From: Eledone cirrhosa
Taxonomy: Eukaryota
Length of the DNA: 64,000 nucleotides
Direction of reading: 5' to 3'
Assembly: GCA_964016885.1 (NCBI GenBank)
Contig: OZ024742.1
Span: 327,360,001-327,424,000 of the forward strand
Positions 26,001 to 41,000 of the stretch are shown one piece after another (within the stretch, counting starts at the first letter, position 1; each line of letters begins with the position of its first letter). The notes below the pieces were generated by a model. It was not told where the DNA came from, made no database searches, and saw only the letters and a program-made list of their open reading frames with translations. Made by a program: the position numbers and the translations under genes.

Positions 26001-29000
26001 CACCAAAGGTGTTCCAGCCATCATTCTTTATTGAGAGTAGATCTCTTACCAAAGGTGTCCCAGCCAACATTCTTTATTGAGAGTAGATCTCTTACCAAAG
26101 GTGTTCCAGCCATCATTCTTTATTGAGAGTAGATCTCTTACCAAAGGTGTGGCAGCCATCATTCTTTATTGAGAGTACATCTCTTACCAAAGGTGTCCCA
26201 GCCAACATTCTTTATTGAGAGTAGATCTCTTACCAAAGGTGTTCCAGCCATCATTCTTTATTGAGAGTAGATCTCTTACCAAAGGTGTTCCAGCCATCAT
26301 TCTTTATTGAGAGTAGATCTCTTACCAAAGGTGTTCCAGCCATCATTCTTTATTGAGAGTAGATCTCTTACCAAAGGTGTCCCAGCCATCATTCTTTATT
26401 GAGAGTAGATGTCTTACCAAAGGTGTCCCAGCCATCATTCATTATTGAGAGTAGATGTCTTACCAAAGGTGTCCCAGCCATCATTCATTATTGAGAGTAG
26501 ATGTCTTACCAAAGGTGTCCCAGCCATCATTCTTTATTGAGAGTAGATCTCTTACCAAAGGTGTTGCATCCATCATTCTTTATTGAGAGTAGATCTCTTA
26601 CCAAAGGTGTTCCAGCCATCATTCTTTATTAAGAGTAGATGTCTTACCAAAGGTGTCCCAGCCATCATTCTTTATTGAGAGTAGATGTCTTACCAAAGGT
26701 GTCCCAGCCATCATTCTTTATTGAGAGTAGATGTCTTACCAAAGGTGTTCCAGCTATCATTCTTTTATTGAGAGTAGATCTCTTACCAAAGGTGTTTCAG
26801 CCATCATTCTTTATTGAGAGTAGATCTCTTACCAAAGGTGTCCCAGCCATCATTCTTTATTGAGAGTAGATCACTTACCAAAAGGTATTCCAGCTATCAT
26901 TCTTTATTGAGAGTAGATCTCTTACCAAATGTGTCCCAGCCATCATTCTTTATTGAGAGTAGATCTCTTACCAAAAGTGTTCCAGCCATCATTCTTTATT
27001 GAGACTAGATCTCTTACCAAAAGTGTCCCAGCCATCATTCTTTATTGAGAGTAGATCTCTTACCAAAGGTGTTCCAGCCATCATTCTTTATTGAGAGTAG
27101 ATCTCTTACAAAAGGTATTCCAGCCATCATTCTTTATTGAGAATAGATCTCTTACCAAACGTGTCGCAGTCATTATTCTTTATTGAGAGTAGATCTCTTA
27201 CCAAAAGTGTTGCAACCAACATTCTTTATTGACAGTAGATCTCTTACCAAAAGTGTTCCAGCCATCATTCTTTATTGAGAGTAGATCTCTTACCAAAAGT
27301 GTCCCAGCGATCATTCTTTATTGAAAGTAGATCTCTTACCAAAAGTGTTCCAGCCAATATTCTTTATTGAGAGTAGATCTCTTACCAAAAGTGTTCCAGC
27401 CATTATTCTTTATTGAGAGTAGATCTCTTACCAAAGGTGTTCCATCCATCATTCTTTATTGAGAGTAGATCTCTTACCAAAGGTGTTCCAGCCATCATTC
27501 TTTATTGAGAGTAGATCTCTTACCAAAGGTGATCCAGCCATTATTCTTTATTGAGACTAAATCTCTTACCAAAGGTCTTCCAGCCATCATTCTTTATTGA
27601 GACTAGATCTCTTACCAAAAGTGTCCCAGCCATCATTCTTTATTGAGAGTAGATCTCTTACCAAAGGTGTTCAAGCCAACATTCTTTATTGAGAGTAGAT
27701 CTCTTACCAAAGGTGTTCCAGCCATCATTCTTTATTGAGGGTAGATGTCTTACCAAAGGTGTCCCAGCCAACATTCTTTATTGAGAGTAGATCTCTTACC
27801 AAAGGTGTTCCAGCCATCATTCTTTATTGAGAGTAGATCTCTTACCAAAGGTGTTCCAGCCATCATTCTTTATTGAGGGTAGATGTCTTACCAAAGGTGT
27901 TCCAACCATCATTCTTTATTGAGAGTAGATCTCTTACCAAAGGTGTTCCAGCCATCATTCTTTATTGAGAGTAGATCTCTTACCAAAGGTGTTCCAGCCA
28001 TCATTCTTTATTGAGAGTAGATCTCTTACCAAAGGTGTCCCAGCCAACATTCTTTATTGAGAGTAGATCTCTTACCAAAGGTGTTCCAGCCATCATTCTT
28101 TATTGAGAGTAGATCTCTTACCAAAGGTGTGGCAGCCATCATTCTTTATTGAGAGTAGATCTCTTACCAAAGGTGTCCCAGCCAACATTCTTTATTGAGA
28201 GTAGATCTCTTACCAAAGGTGTTCCAGCCATCATTCTTTATTGAGAGTAGATCTCTTACCAAAGGTGTTCCAGCCATCATTCTTTATTGAGAGTAGATCT
28301 CTTACCAAAGGTGTTCCAGCCATCATTCTTTATTGAGAGTAGATCTCATACCAAAGGTGTCCCAGCCATCATTCTTTATTGAGAGTAGATGTCTTACCAA
28401 AGGTGTGGCAGCCATCATTCTTTATTGAGAGTAGATCTCTTACCAAAGGTGTTCCAGCCATCATTCTTTATTGAGAGTAGATCTCGTACCAAAGGTGTTC
28501 CAGCCATCATTCTTTATTGAGAGTAGATCTCTCACCAAAGGTGTTCCAGCCATCATTCTTTATTGAGAGTAGATCTCTTACCAAAGGTGTCCCAGCCAAC
28601 ATTCTTTATTGAGAGTAGATCTCTTACCAAAGGTGTTCCAGCCATCATTCTTTATTGAGAGTAGATCTCTTACCAAAGGTGTGGCAGCCATCATTCTTTA
28701 TTGAGAGTAGATCTCTTACCAAAGGTGTCCCAGCCAACATTCTTTATTGAGAGTAGATCTCTTACCAAAGGTGTTCCAGCCATCATTCTTTATTGAGAGT
28801 AGATCTCTTACCAAAGGTGTTCCAGCCATCATTCTTTATTGAGAGTAGATCTCTTACCAAAGGTGTTCCAGCCATCATTCTTTATTGAGAGTAGATCTCT
28901 TACCAAAGGTGTCCCAGCCATCATTCTTTATTGAGAGTAGATGTCTTACCAAAGGTGTCCCAGCCATCATTCATTATTGAGAGTAGATGTCTTACCAAAG

Positions 29001-32000
29001 GTGTCCCAGCCATCATTCATTATTGAGAGTAGATGTCTTACCAAAGGTGTCCCAGCCATCATTCTTTATTGAGAGTAGATGTCTTACCAAAGGTGTTCCA
29101 GCTATCATTCTTTTATTGAGAGTAGATCTCTTACCAAAGGTGTTTCAGCCATCATTCTTTATTGAGAGTAGATCTCTTACCAAAGGTGTCCCAGCCATCA
29201 TTCTTTATTGAGAGTAGATCACTTACCAAAAGGTATTCCAGCCATCATTCTTTATTGAGAGTAGATCTCTTACCAAATGTGTCCCAGCCATCATTCTTTA
29301 TTGAGAGTAGATCTCTTACCAAAAGTGTTCCAGCCATCATTCTTTATTGAGACTAGATCTCTTACCAAAAGTGTCCCAGCCATCATTCTTTATTGAGAGT
29401 AGATCTCTTACCAAAGGTGTTCCAGCCATCATTCTTTATTGAGAGTAGATCTCTTACAAAAGGTATTCCAGCCATCATTCTTTATTGAGAATAGATCTCT
29501 TACCAAACGTGTCGCAGTCATTATTCTTTATTGAGAGTAGATCTCTTACCAAAAGTGTTGCAACCATCATTCTTTATTGACAGTAGATCTCTTACCAAAA
29601 GTGTTCCAGCCATCATTCTTTATTGAGAGTAGATCTCTTACCAAAAGTGTCCCAGCGATCATTCTTTATTGAAAGTAGATCTCTTACCAAAAGTGTTCCA
29701 GCCAATATTCTTTATTGAGAGTAGATCTCTTACCAAAAGTGTTCCAGCCATTATTCTTTATTGAGAGTAGATCTCTTACCAAAGGTGTTCCATCCATCAT
29801 TCTTTATTGAGAGTAGATCTCTTACCAAAGGTGTTCCAGCCATCATTCTTTATTGAGAGTAGATCTCTTACCAAAGGTGATCCAGCCATTATTCTTTATT
29901 GAGACTAAATCTCTTACCAAAGGTCTTCCAGCCATCATTCTTTATTGAGACTAGATCTCTTACCAAAAGTGTCCCAGCCATCATTCTTTATTGAGAGTAG
30001 ATCTCTTACCAAAGGTGTTCAAGCCAACATTCTTTATTGAGAGTAGATCTCTTACCAAAGGTGTTCCAGCCATCATTCTTTATTGAGGGTAGATGTCTTA
30101 CCAAAGGTGTCCCAGCCAACATTCTTTATTGAGAGTAGATCTCTTACCAAAGGTGTTCCAGCCATCATTCTTTATTGAGAGTAGATCTCTTACCAAAGGT
30201 GTTCCAGCCATCATTCTTTATTGAGGGTAGATGTCTTACCAAAGGTGTTCCAGCCATCATTCTTTATTGAGAGTAGATCTTTTACCAAAGGTGTCCCAGC
30301 CATCATTCTTTATTGAGAGTAGATCTCTTACCAAAGGTGTTCCAGCCATCATTCTTTATTGAGAGTAGATCTCTTACCAAAGGTGTCCCAGCCAACATTC
30401 TTTATTGAGAGTAGATCTCTTACCAAAGGTGTTCCAGCCATCATTCTTTATTGAGAGTAGATCTCTTACCAAAGGTGTTCCAGCCATCATTCTTTATTGA
30501 GAGTAGATCTCTTACCAAAGGTGTCCCAGCCAACATTCTTTATTGAGAGTAGATCTCTTACCAAAGGTGTTCCAGCCATCATTCTTTATTGAGAGTAGAT
30601 CTCTTACCAAAGGTGTGGCAGCCATCATTCTTTATTGAGAGTAGATCTCTTACCAAAGGTGTCCCAGCCAACATTCTTTATTGAGAGTAGATCTCTTACC
30701 AAAGGTGTGGCAGCCATCATTCTTTATTGAGAGTAGATCTCTTACCAAAGGTGTCCCAGCCAACATTCTTTATTGAGAGTAGATCTCTTACCAAAGGTGT
30801 TCCAGCCATCATTCTTTATTGAGAGTAGATCTCTTACCAAAGGTGTTCCAGCCATCATTCTTTATTGAGAGTAGATCTCTTACCAAAGGTGTTCCAGCCA
30901 TCATTCTTTATTGAGAGTAGATCTCTTACCAAAGGTGTCCCAGCCATCATTCTTTATTGAGAGTAGATGTCTTACCAAAGGTGTCCCAGCCATCATTCAT
31001 TATTGAGAGTAGATGTCTTACCAAAGGTGTCCCAGCCATCATTCATTATTGAGAGTAGATGTCTTACCAAAGGTGTCCCAGCCATCATTCTTTATTGAGA
31101 GTAGATGTCTTACCAAAGGTGTTCCAGCTATCATTCTTTTATTGAGAGTAGATCTCTTACCAAAGGTGTTTCAGCCATCATTCTTTATTGAGAGTAGATC
31201 TCTTACCAAAGGTGTCCCAGCCATCATTCTTTATTGAGAGTAGATCACTTACCAAAAGGTATTCCAGCCATCATTCTTTATTGAGAGTAGATCTCTTACC
31301 AAATGTGTCCCAGCCATCATTCTTTATTGAGAGTAGATCTCTTACCAAAAGTGTTCCAGCCATCATTCTTTATTGAGAGTAGATCTCATACCAAAGGTGT
31401 CCCAGCCATCATTCTTTATTGAGAGTAGATGTCTTACCAAAGGTGTGGCAGCCATCATTCTTTATTGAGAGTAGATCTCTTACCAAAGGTGTTCCAGCCA
31501 TCATTCTTTATTGAGAGTAGATCTCGTACCAAAGGTGTTCCAGCCATCATTCTTTATTGAGAGTAGATCTCTCACCAAAGGTGTTCCAGCCATCATTCTT
31601 TATTGAGAGTAGATCTCTTACCAAAGGTGTCCCAGCCAACATTCTTTATTGAGAGTAGATCTCTTACCAAAGGTGTTCCAGCCATCATTCTTTATTGAGA
31701 GTAGATCTCTTACCAAAGGTGTGGCAGCCATCATTCTTTATTGAGAGTAGATCTCTTACCAAAGGTGTCCCAGCCAACATTCTTTATTGAGAGTAGATCT
31801 CTTACCAAAGGTGTTCCAGCCATCATTCTTTATTGAGAGTAGATCTCTTACCAAAGGTGTTCCAGCCATCATTCTTTATTGAGAGTAGATCTCTTACCAA
31901 AGGTGTTCCAGCCATCATTCTTTATTGAGAGTAGATCTCTTACCAAAGGTGTCCCAGCCATCATTCTTTATTGAGAGTAGATGTCTTACCAAAGGTGTCC

Positions 32001-35000
32001 CAGCCATCATTCATTATTGAGAGTAGATGTCTTACCAAAGGTGTCCCAGCCATCATTCATTATTGAGAGTAGATGTCTTACCAAAGGTGTCCCAGCCATC
32101 ATTCTTTATTGAGAGTAGATGTCTTACCAAAGGTGTTCCAGCTATCATTCTTTTATTGAGAGTAGATCTCTTACCAAAGGTGTTTCAGCCATCATTCTTT
32201 ATTGAGAGTAGATCTCTTACCAAAGGTGTCCCAGCCATCATTCTTTATTGAGAGTAGATCACTTACCAAAAGGTATTCCAGCCATCATTCTTTATTGAGA
32301 GTAGATCTCTTACCAAATGTGTCCCAGCCATCATTCTTTATTGAGAGTAGATCTCTTACCAAAAGTGTTCCAGCCATCATTCTTTATTGAGACTAGATCT
32401 CTTACCAAAAGTGTCCCAGCCATCATTCTTTATTGAGAGTAGATCTCTTACCAAAGGTGTTCCAGCCATCATTCTTTATTGAGAGTAGATCTCTTACAAA
32501 AGGTATTCCAGCCATCATTCTTTATTGAGAATAGATCTCTTACCAAACGTGTCGCAGTCATTATTCTTTATTGAGAGTAGATCTCTTACCAAAAGTGTTG
32601 CAACCATCATTCTTTATTGACAGTAGATCTCTTACCAAAAGTGTTCCAGCCATCATTCTTTATTGAGAGTAGATCTCTTACCAAAAGTGTCCCAGCGATC
32701 ATTCTTTATTGAAAGTAGATCTCTTACCAAAAGTGTTCCAGCCAATATTCTTTATTGAGAGTAGATCTCTTACCAAAAGTGTTCCAGCCATTATTCTTTA
32801 TTGAGAGTAGATCTCTTACCAAAGGTGTTCCATCCATCATTCTTTATTGAGAGTAGATCTCTTACCAAAGGTGTTCCAGCCATCATTCTTTATTGAGAGT
32901 AGATCTCTTACCAAAGGTGATCCAGCCATTATTCTTTATTGAGACTAAATCTCTTACCAAAGGTCTTCCAGCCATCATTCTTTATTGAGACTAGATCTCT
33001 TACCAAAAGTGTCCCAGCCATCATTCTTTATTGAGAGTAGATCTCTTACCAAAGGTGTTCAAGCCAACATTCTTTATTGAGAGTAGATCTCTTACCAAAG
33101 GTGTTCCAGCCATCATTCTTTATTGAGGGTAGATGTCTTACCAAAGGTGTCCCAGCCAACATTCTTTATTGAGAGTAGATCTCTTACCAAAGGTGTTCCA
33201 GCCATCATTCTTTATTGAGAGTAGATCTCTTACCAAAGGTGTTCCAGCCATCATTCTTTATTGAGGGTAGATGTCTTACCAAAGGTGTTCCAGCCATCAT
33301 TCTTTATTGAGAGTAGATCTCTTACCAAAGGTGTCCCAGCCATCATTCTTTATTGAGAGTAGATCTCTTACCAAAGGTGTTCCAGCCATCATTCTTTATT
33401 GAGAGTAGATCTCTTACCAAAGGTGTCCCAGCCAACATTCTTTATTGAGAGTAGATCTCTTACCAAAGGTGTTCCAGCCATCATTCTTTATTGAGAGTAG
33501 ATCTCTTACCAAAGGTGTTCCAGCCATCATTCTTTATTGAGAGTAGATCTCTTACCAAAGGTGTCCCAGCCAACATTCTTTATTGAGAGTAGATCTCTTA
33601 CCAAAGGTGTTCCAGCCATCATTCTTTATTGAGAGTAGATCTCTTACCAAAGGTGTGGCAGCCATCATTCTTTATTGAGAGTAGATCTCTTACCAAAGGT
33701 GTCCCAGCCAACATTCTTTATTGAGAGTAGATCTCTTACCAAAGGTGTTCCAGCCATCATTCTTTATTGAGAGTAGATCTTTTACCAAAGGTGTTCCAGC
33801 CATCATTCTTTATTGAGAGTAGATCTCTTACCAAAGGTGTTCCAGCCATCATTCTTTATTGAGAGTAGATCTCTTACCAAAGGTGTCCCAGCCAACATTC
33901 TTTATTGAGAGTAGATCTCTTACCAAAGGTGTTCCAGCCATCATTCTTTATTGAGAGTAGATCTCTTACCAAAGGTGTTCTAGCCATCATTCTTTATTGA
34001 GAGTAGATCTCTTACCAAAGGTGTTCCAGCCATCATTCTTTATTGAGAGTAGATCTCTTACCAAAGGTGTCCCAGCCATCATTCTTTATTGAGAGTAGAT
34101 GTCTTACCAAAGGTGTGGCAGCCATCATTCTTTATTGAGAGTAGATCTCTTACCAAAGATGTTCCAGCCATCATTCTTTATTGAGAGTAGATCTCTTACC
34201 AAAGGTGTTCCAGCCATCATTCTTTATTGAGAGTAGATCTCTCACCAAAGGTGTTCCAGCCATCATTCTTTATTGAGAGTAGATCTCTTACCAAAGGTGT
34301 CCCAGCCAACATTCTTTATTGAGAGTAGATCTCTTACCAAAGGTGTTCCAGCCATCATTCTTTATTGAGAGTAGATCTCTTACCAAAGGTGTGGCAGCCA
34401 TCATTCTTTATTGAGAGTAGATCTCTTACCAAAGGTGTCCCAGCCAACATTCTTTATTGAGAGTAGATCTCTTACCAAAGGTGTTCCAGCCATCATTCTT
34501 TATTGAGAGTAGATCTCTTACCAAAGGTGTTCCAGCCATCATTCTTTATTGAGAGTAGATCTCTTACCAAAGGTGTTCCAGCCATCATTCTTTATTGAGA
34601 GTAGATCTCTTACCAAAGGTGTCCCAGCCATCATTCTTTATTGAGAGTAGATGTCTTACCAAAGGTGTCCCAGCCATCATTCATTATTGAGAGTAGATGT
34701 CTTACCAAAGGTGTCCCAGCCATCATTCATTATTGAGAGTAGATGTCTTACCAAAGGTGTCCCAGCCATCATTCTTTATTGAGAGTAGATGTCTTACCAA
34801 AGGTGTTCCAGCTATCATTCTTTTATTGAGAGTAGATCTCTTACCAAAGGTGTTTCAGCCATCATTCTTTATTGAGAGTAGATCTCTTACCAAAGGTGTC
34901 CCAGCCATCATTCTTTATTGAGAGTAGATCACTTACCAAAAGGTATTCCAGCCATCATTCTTTATTGAGAGTAGATCTCTTACCAAATGTGTCCCAGCCA

Positions 35001-38000
35001 TCATTCTTTATTGAGAGTAGATCTCTTACCAAAAGTGTTCCAGCCATCATTCTTTATTGAGAGTAGATCTCATACCAAAGGTGTCCCAGCCATCATTCTT
35101 TATTGAGAGTAGATGTCTTACCAAAGGTGTGGCAGCCATCATTCTTTATTGAGAGTAGATCTCTTACCAAAGGTGTTCCAGCCATCATTCTTTATTGAGA
35201 GTAGATCTCGTACCAAAGGTGTTCCAGCCATCATTCTTTATTGAGAGTAGATCTCTCACCAAAGGTGTTCCAGCCATCATTCTTTATTGAGAGTAGATCT
35301 CTTACCAAAGGTGTCCCAGCCAACATTCTTTATTGAGAGTAGATCTCTTACCAAAGGTGTTCCAGCCATCATTCTTTATTGAGAGTAGATCTCTTACCAA
35401 AGGTGTGGCAGCCATCATTCTTTATTGAGAGTAGATCTCTTACCAAAGGTGTCCCAGCCAACATTCTTTATTGAGAGTAGATCTCTTACCAAAGGTGTTC
35501 CAGCCATCATTCTTTATTGAGAGTAGATCTCTTACCAAAGGTGTTCCAGCCATCATTCTTTATTGAGAGTAGATCTCTTACCAAAGGTGTTCCAGCCATC
35601 ATTCTTTATTGAGAGTAGATCTCTTACCAAAGGTGTCCCAGCCATCATTCTTTATTGAGAGTAGATGTCTTACCAAAGGTGTCCCAGCCATCATTCATTA
35701 TTGAGAGTAGATGTCTTACCAAAGGTGTCCCAGCCATCATTCATTATTGAGAGTAGATGTCTTACCAAAGGTGTCCCAGCCATCATTCTTTATTGAGAGT
35801 AGATGTCTTACCAAAGGTGTTCCAGCTATCATTCTTTTATTGAGAGTAGATCTCTTACCAAAGGTGTTTCAGCCATCATTCTTTATTGAGAGTAGATCTC
35901 TTACCAAAGGTGTCCCAGCCATCATTCTTTATTGAGAGTAGATCACTTACCAAAAGGTATTCCAGCCATCATTCTTTATTGAGAGTAGATCTCTTACCAA
36001 ATGTGTCCCAGCCATCATTCTTTATTGAGAGTAGATCTCTTACCAAAAGTGTTCCAGCCATCATTCTTTATTGAGACTAGATCTCTTACCAAAAGTGTCC
36101 CAGCCATCATTCTTTATTGAGAGTAGATCTCTTACCAAAGGTGTTCCAGCCATCATTCTTTATTGAGAGTAGATCTCTTACAAAAGGTATTCCAGCCATC
36201 ATTCTTTATTGAGAATAGATCTCTTACCAAACGTGTCGCAGTCATTATTCTTTATTGAGAGTAGATCTCTTACCAAAAGTGTTGCAACCATCATTCTTTA
36301 TTGACAGTAGATCTCTTACCAAAAGTGTTCCAGCCATCATTCTTTATTGAGAGTAGATCTCTTACCAAAAGTGTCCCAGCGATCATTCTTTATTGAAAGT
36401 AGATCTCTTACCAAAAGTGTTCCAGCCAATATTCTTTATTGAGAGTAGATCTCTTACCAAAAGTGTTCCAGCCATTATTCTTTATTGAGAGTAGATCTCT
36501 TACCAAAGGTGTTCCATCCATCATTCTTTATTGAGAGTAGATCTCTTACCAAAGGTGTTCCAGCCATCATTCTTTATTGAGAGTAGATCTCTTACCAAAG
36601 GTGATCCAGCCATTATTCTTTATTGAGACTAAATCTCTTACCAAAGGTCTTCCAGCCATCATTCTTTATTGAGACTAGATCTCTTACCAAAAGTGTCCCA
36701 GCCATCATTCTTTATTGAGAGTAGATCTCTTACCAAAGGTGTTCAAGCCAACATTCTTTATTGAGAGTAGATCTCTTACCAAAGGTGTTCCAGCCATCAT
36801 TCTTTATTGAGGGTAGATGTCTTACCAAAGGTGTCCCAGCCAACATTCTTTATTGAGAGTAGATCTCTTACCAAAGGTGTTCCAGCCATCATTCTTTATT
36901 GAGAGTAGATCTCTTACCAAAGGTGTTCCAGCCATCATTCTTTATTGAGGGTAGATGTCTTACCAAAGGTGTTCCAGCCATCATTCTTTATTGAGAGTAG
37001 ATCTCTTACCAAAGGTGTCCCAGCCATCATTCTTTATTGAGAGTAGATCTCTTACCAAAGGTGTTCCAGCCATCATTCTTTATTGAGAGTAGATCTCTTA
37101 CCAAAGGTGTCCCAGCCAACATTCTTTATTGAGAGTAGATCTCTTACCAAAGGTGTTCCAGCCATCATTCTTTATTGAGAGTAGATCTCTTACCAAAGGT
37201 GTTCCAGCCATCATTCTTTATTGAGAGTAGATCTCTTACCAAAGGTGTCCCAGCCAACATTCTTTATTGAGAGTAGATCTCTTACCAAAGGTGTTCCAGC
37301 CATCATTCTTTATTGAGAGTAGATCTCTTACCAAAGGTGTGGCAGCCATCATTCTTTATTGAGAGTAGATCTCTTACCAAAGGTGTCCCAGCCAACATTC
37401 TTTATTGAGAGTAGATCTCTTACCAAAGGTGTTCCAGCCATCATTCTTTATTGAGAGTAGATCTTTTACCAAAGGTGTTCCAGCCATCATTCTTTATTGA
37501 GAGTAGATCTCTTACCAAAGGTGTTCCAGCCATCATTCTTTATTGAGAGTAGATCTCTTACCAAAGGTGTCCCAGCCAACATTCTTTATTGAGAGTAGAT
37601 CTCTTACCAAAGGTGTTCCAGCCATCATTCTTTATTGAGAGTAGATCTCTTACCAAAGGTGTTCCAGCCATCATTCTTTATTGAGAGTAGATCTCTTACC
37701 AAAGGTGTTCCAGCCATCATTCTTTATTGAGAGTAGATCTCTTACCAAAGGTGTCCCAGCCATCATTCTTTATTGAGAGTAGATGTCTTACCAAAGGTGT
37801 GGCAGCCATCATTCTTTATTGAGAGTAGATCTCTTACCAAAGGTGTTCCAGCCATCATTCTTTATTGAGAGTAGATCTCTTACCAAAGGTGTTCCAGCCA
37901 TCATTCTTTATTGAGAGTAGATCTCTCACCAAAGGTGTTCCAGCCATCATTCTTTATTGAGAGTAGATCTCTTACCAAAGGTGTCCCAGCCAACATTCTT

Positions 38001-41000
38001 TATTGAGAGTAGATCTCTTACCAAAGGTGTTCCAGCCATCATTCTTTATTGAGAGTAGATCTCTTACCAAAGGTGTGGCAGCCATCATTCTTTATTGAGA
38101 GTAGATCTCTTACCAAAGGTGTCCCAGCCAACATTCTTTATTGAGAGTAGATCTCTTACCAAAGGTGTTCCAGCCATCATTCTTTATTGAGAGTAGATCT
38201 CTTACCAAAGGTGTTCCAGCCATCATTCTTTATTGAGAGTAGATCTCTTACCAAAGGTGTTCCAGCCATCATTCTTTATTGAGAGTAGATCTCTTACCAA
38301 AGGTGTCCCAGCCATCATTCTTTATTGAGAGTAGATGTCTTACCAAAGGTGTCCCAGCCATCATTCATTATTGAGAGTAGATGTCTTACCAAAGGTGTCC
38401 CAGCCATCATTCATTATTGAGAGTAGATGTCTTACCAAAGGTGTCCCAGCCATCATTCTTTATTGAGAGTAGATGTCTTACCAAAGGTGTTCCAGCTATC
38501 ATTCTTTTATTGAGAGTAGATCTCTTACCAAAGGTGTTTCAGCCATCATTCTTTATTGAGAGTAGATCTCTTACCAAAGGTGTCCCAGCCATCATTCTTT
38601 ATTGAGAGTAGATCACTTACCAAAAGGTATTCCAGCCATCATTCTTTATTGAGAGTAGATCTCTTACCAAATGTGTCCCAGCCATCATTCTTTATTGAGA
38701 GTAGATCTCTTACCAAAAGTGTTCCAGCCATCATTCTTTATTGAGACTAGATCTCTTACCAAAAGTGTCCCAGCCATCATTCTTTATTGAGAGTAGATCT
38801 CTTACCAAAGGTGTTCCAGCCATCATTCTTTATTGAGAGTAGATCTCTTACAAAAGGTATTCCAGCCATCATTCTTTATTGAGAATAGATCTCTTACCAA
38901 ACGTGTCGCAGTCATTATTCTTTATTGAGAGTAGATCTCTTACCAAAAGTGTTGCAACCATCATTCTTTATTGACAGTAGATCTCTTACCAAAAGTGTTC
39001 CAGCCATCATTCTTTATTGAGAGTAGATCTCTTACCAAAAGTGTCCCAGCGATCATTCTTTATTGAAAGTAGATCTCTTACCAAAAGTGTTCCAGCCAAT
39101 ATTCTTTATTGAGAGTAGATCTCTTACCAAAAGTGTTCCAGCCATTATTCTTTATTGAGAGTAGATCTCTTACCAAAGGTGTTCCATCCATCATTCTTTA
39201 TTGAGAGTAGATCTCTTACCAAAGGTGTTCCAGCCATCATTCTTTATTGAGAGTAGATCTCTTACCAAAGGTGATCCAGCCATTATTCTTTATTGAGACT
39301 AAATCTCTTACCAAAGGTCTTCCAGCCATCATTCTTTATTGAGACTAGATCTCTTACCAAAAGTGTCCAAGCCATCATTCTTTATTGAGAGTAGATCTCT
39401 TACCAAAGGTGTTCAAGCCAACATTCTTTATTGAGAGTAGATCTCTTACCAAAGGTGTTCCAGCCATCATTCTTTATTGAGGGTAGATGTCTTACCAAAG
39501 GTGTCCCAGCCAACATTCTTTATTGAGAGTAGATCTCTTACCAAAGGTGTTCCAGCCATCATTCTTTATTGAGAGTAGATCTCTTACCAAAGGTGTTCCA
39601 GCCATCATTCTTTATTGAGGGTAGATGTCTTACCAAAGGTGTTCCAGCCATCATTCTTTATTGAGAGTAGATCTCTTACCAAAGGTGTCCCAGCCATCAT
39701 TCTTTATTGAGAGTAGATCTCTTACCAAAGGTGTTCCAGCCATCATTCTTTATTGAGAGTAGATCTCTTACCAAAGGTGTCCCAGCCAACATTCTTTATT
39801 GAGAGTAGATCTCTTACCAAAGGTGTTTCAGCCATCATTCTTTATTGAGAGTAGATCTCTTACCAAAGGTGTTCCAGCCATCATTCTTTATTGAGAGTAG
39901 ATCTCTTACCAAAGGTGTCCCAGCCAACATTCTTTATTGAGAGTAGATCTCTTACCAAAGGTGTTCCAGCCATCATTCTTTATTGAGAGTAGATCTCTTA
40001 CCAAAGGTGTGGCAGCCATCATTCTTTATTGAGAGTAGATCTCTTACCAAAGGTGTCCCAGCCAACATTCTTTATTGAGAGTAGATCTCTTACCAAAGGT
40101 GTTCCAGCCATCATTCTTTATTGAGAGTAGATCTCTTACCAAAGGTGTTCCAGCCATCATTCTTTATTGAGAGTAGATCTCTTACCAAAGGTGTTCCAGC
40201 CATCATTCTTTATTGAGAGTAGATCTCTTACCAAAGGTGTCCCAGCCATCATTCTTTATTGAGAGTAGATGTCTTACCAAAGGTGTGGCAGCCATCATTC
40301 TTTATTGAGAGTAGATCTCTTACCAAAGGTGTTCCAGCCATCATTCTTTATTGAGAGTAGATCTCTTACCAAAGGTGTTCCAGCCATCATTCTTTATTGA
40401 GAGTAGATCTCTCACCAAAGGTGTTCCAGCCATCATTCTTTATTGAGAGTAGATCTCTTACCAAAGGTGTCCCAGCCAACATTCTTTATTGAGAGTAGAT
40501 CTCTTACCAAAGGTGTTCCAGCCATCATTCTTTATTGAGAGTAGATCTCTTACCAAAGGTGTGGCAGCCATCATTCTTTATTGAGAGTAGATCTCTTACC
40601 AAAGGTGTCCCAGCCAACATTCTTTATTGAGAGTAGATCTCTTACCAAAGGTGTTCCAGCCATCATTCTTTATTGAGAGTAGATCTCTTACCAAAGGTGT
40701 TCCAGCCATCATTCTTTATTGAGAGTAGATCTCTTACCAAAGGTGTTCCAGCCATCATTCTTTATTGAGAGTAGATCTCTTACCAAAGGTGTGGCAGCCA
40801 TCATTCTTTATTGAGAGTAGATGTCTTACCAAAGGTGTCCCAGCCATCATTCATTATTGAGAGTAGATGTCTTACCAAAGGTGTCCCAGCCATCATTCAT
40901 TATTGAGAGTAGATGTCTTACCAAAGGTGTCCCAGCCATCATTCTTTATTGAGAGTAGATCTCTTACCAAAGGTGTTGCATCCATCATTCTTTATTGAGA

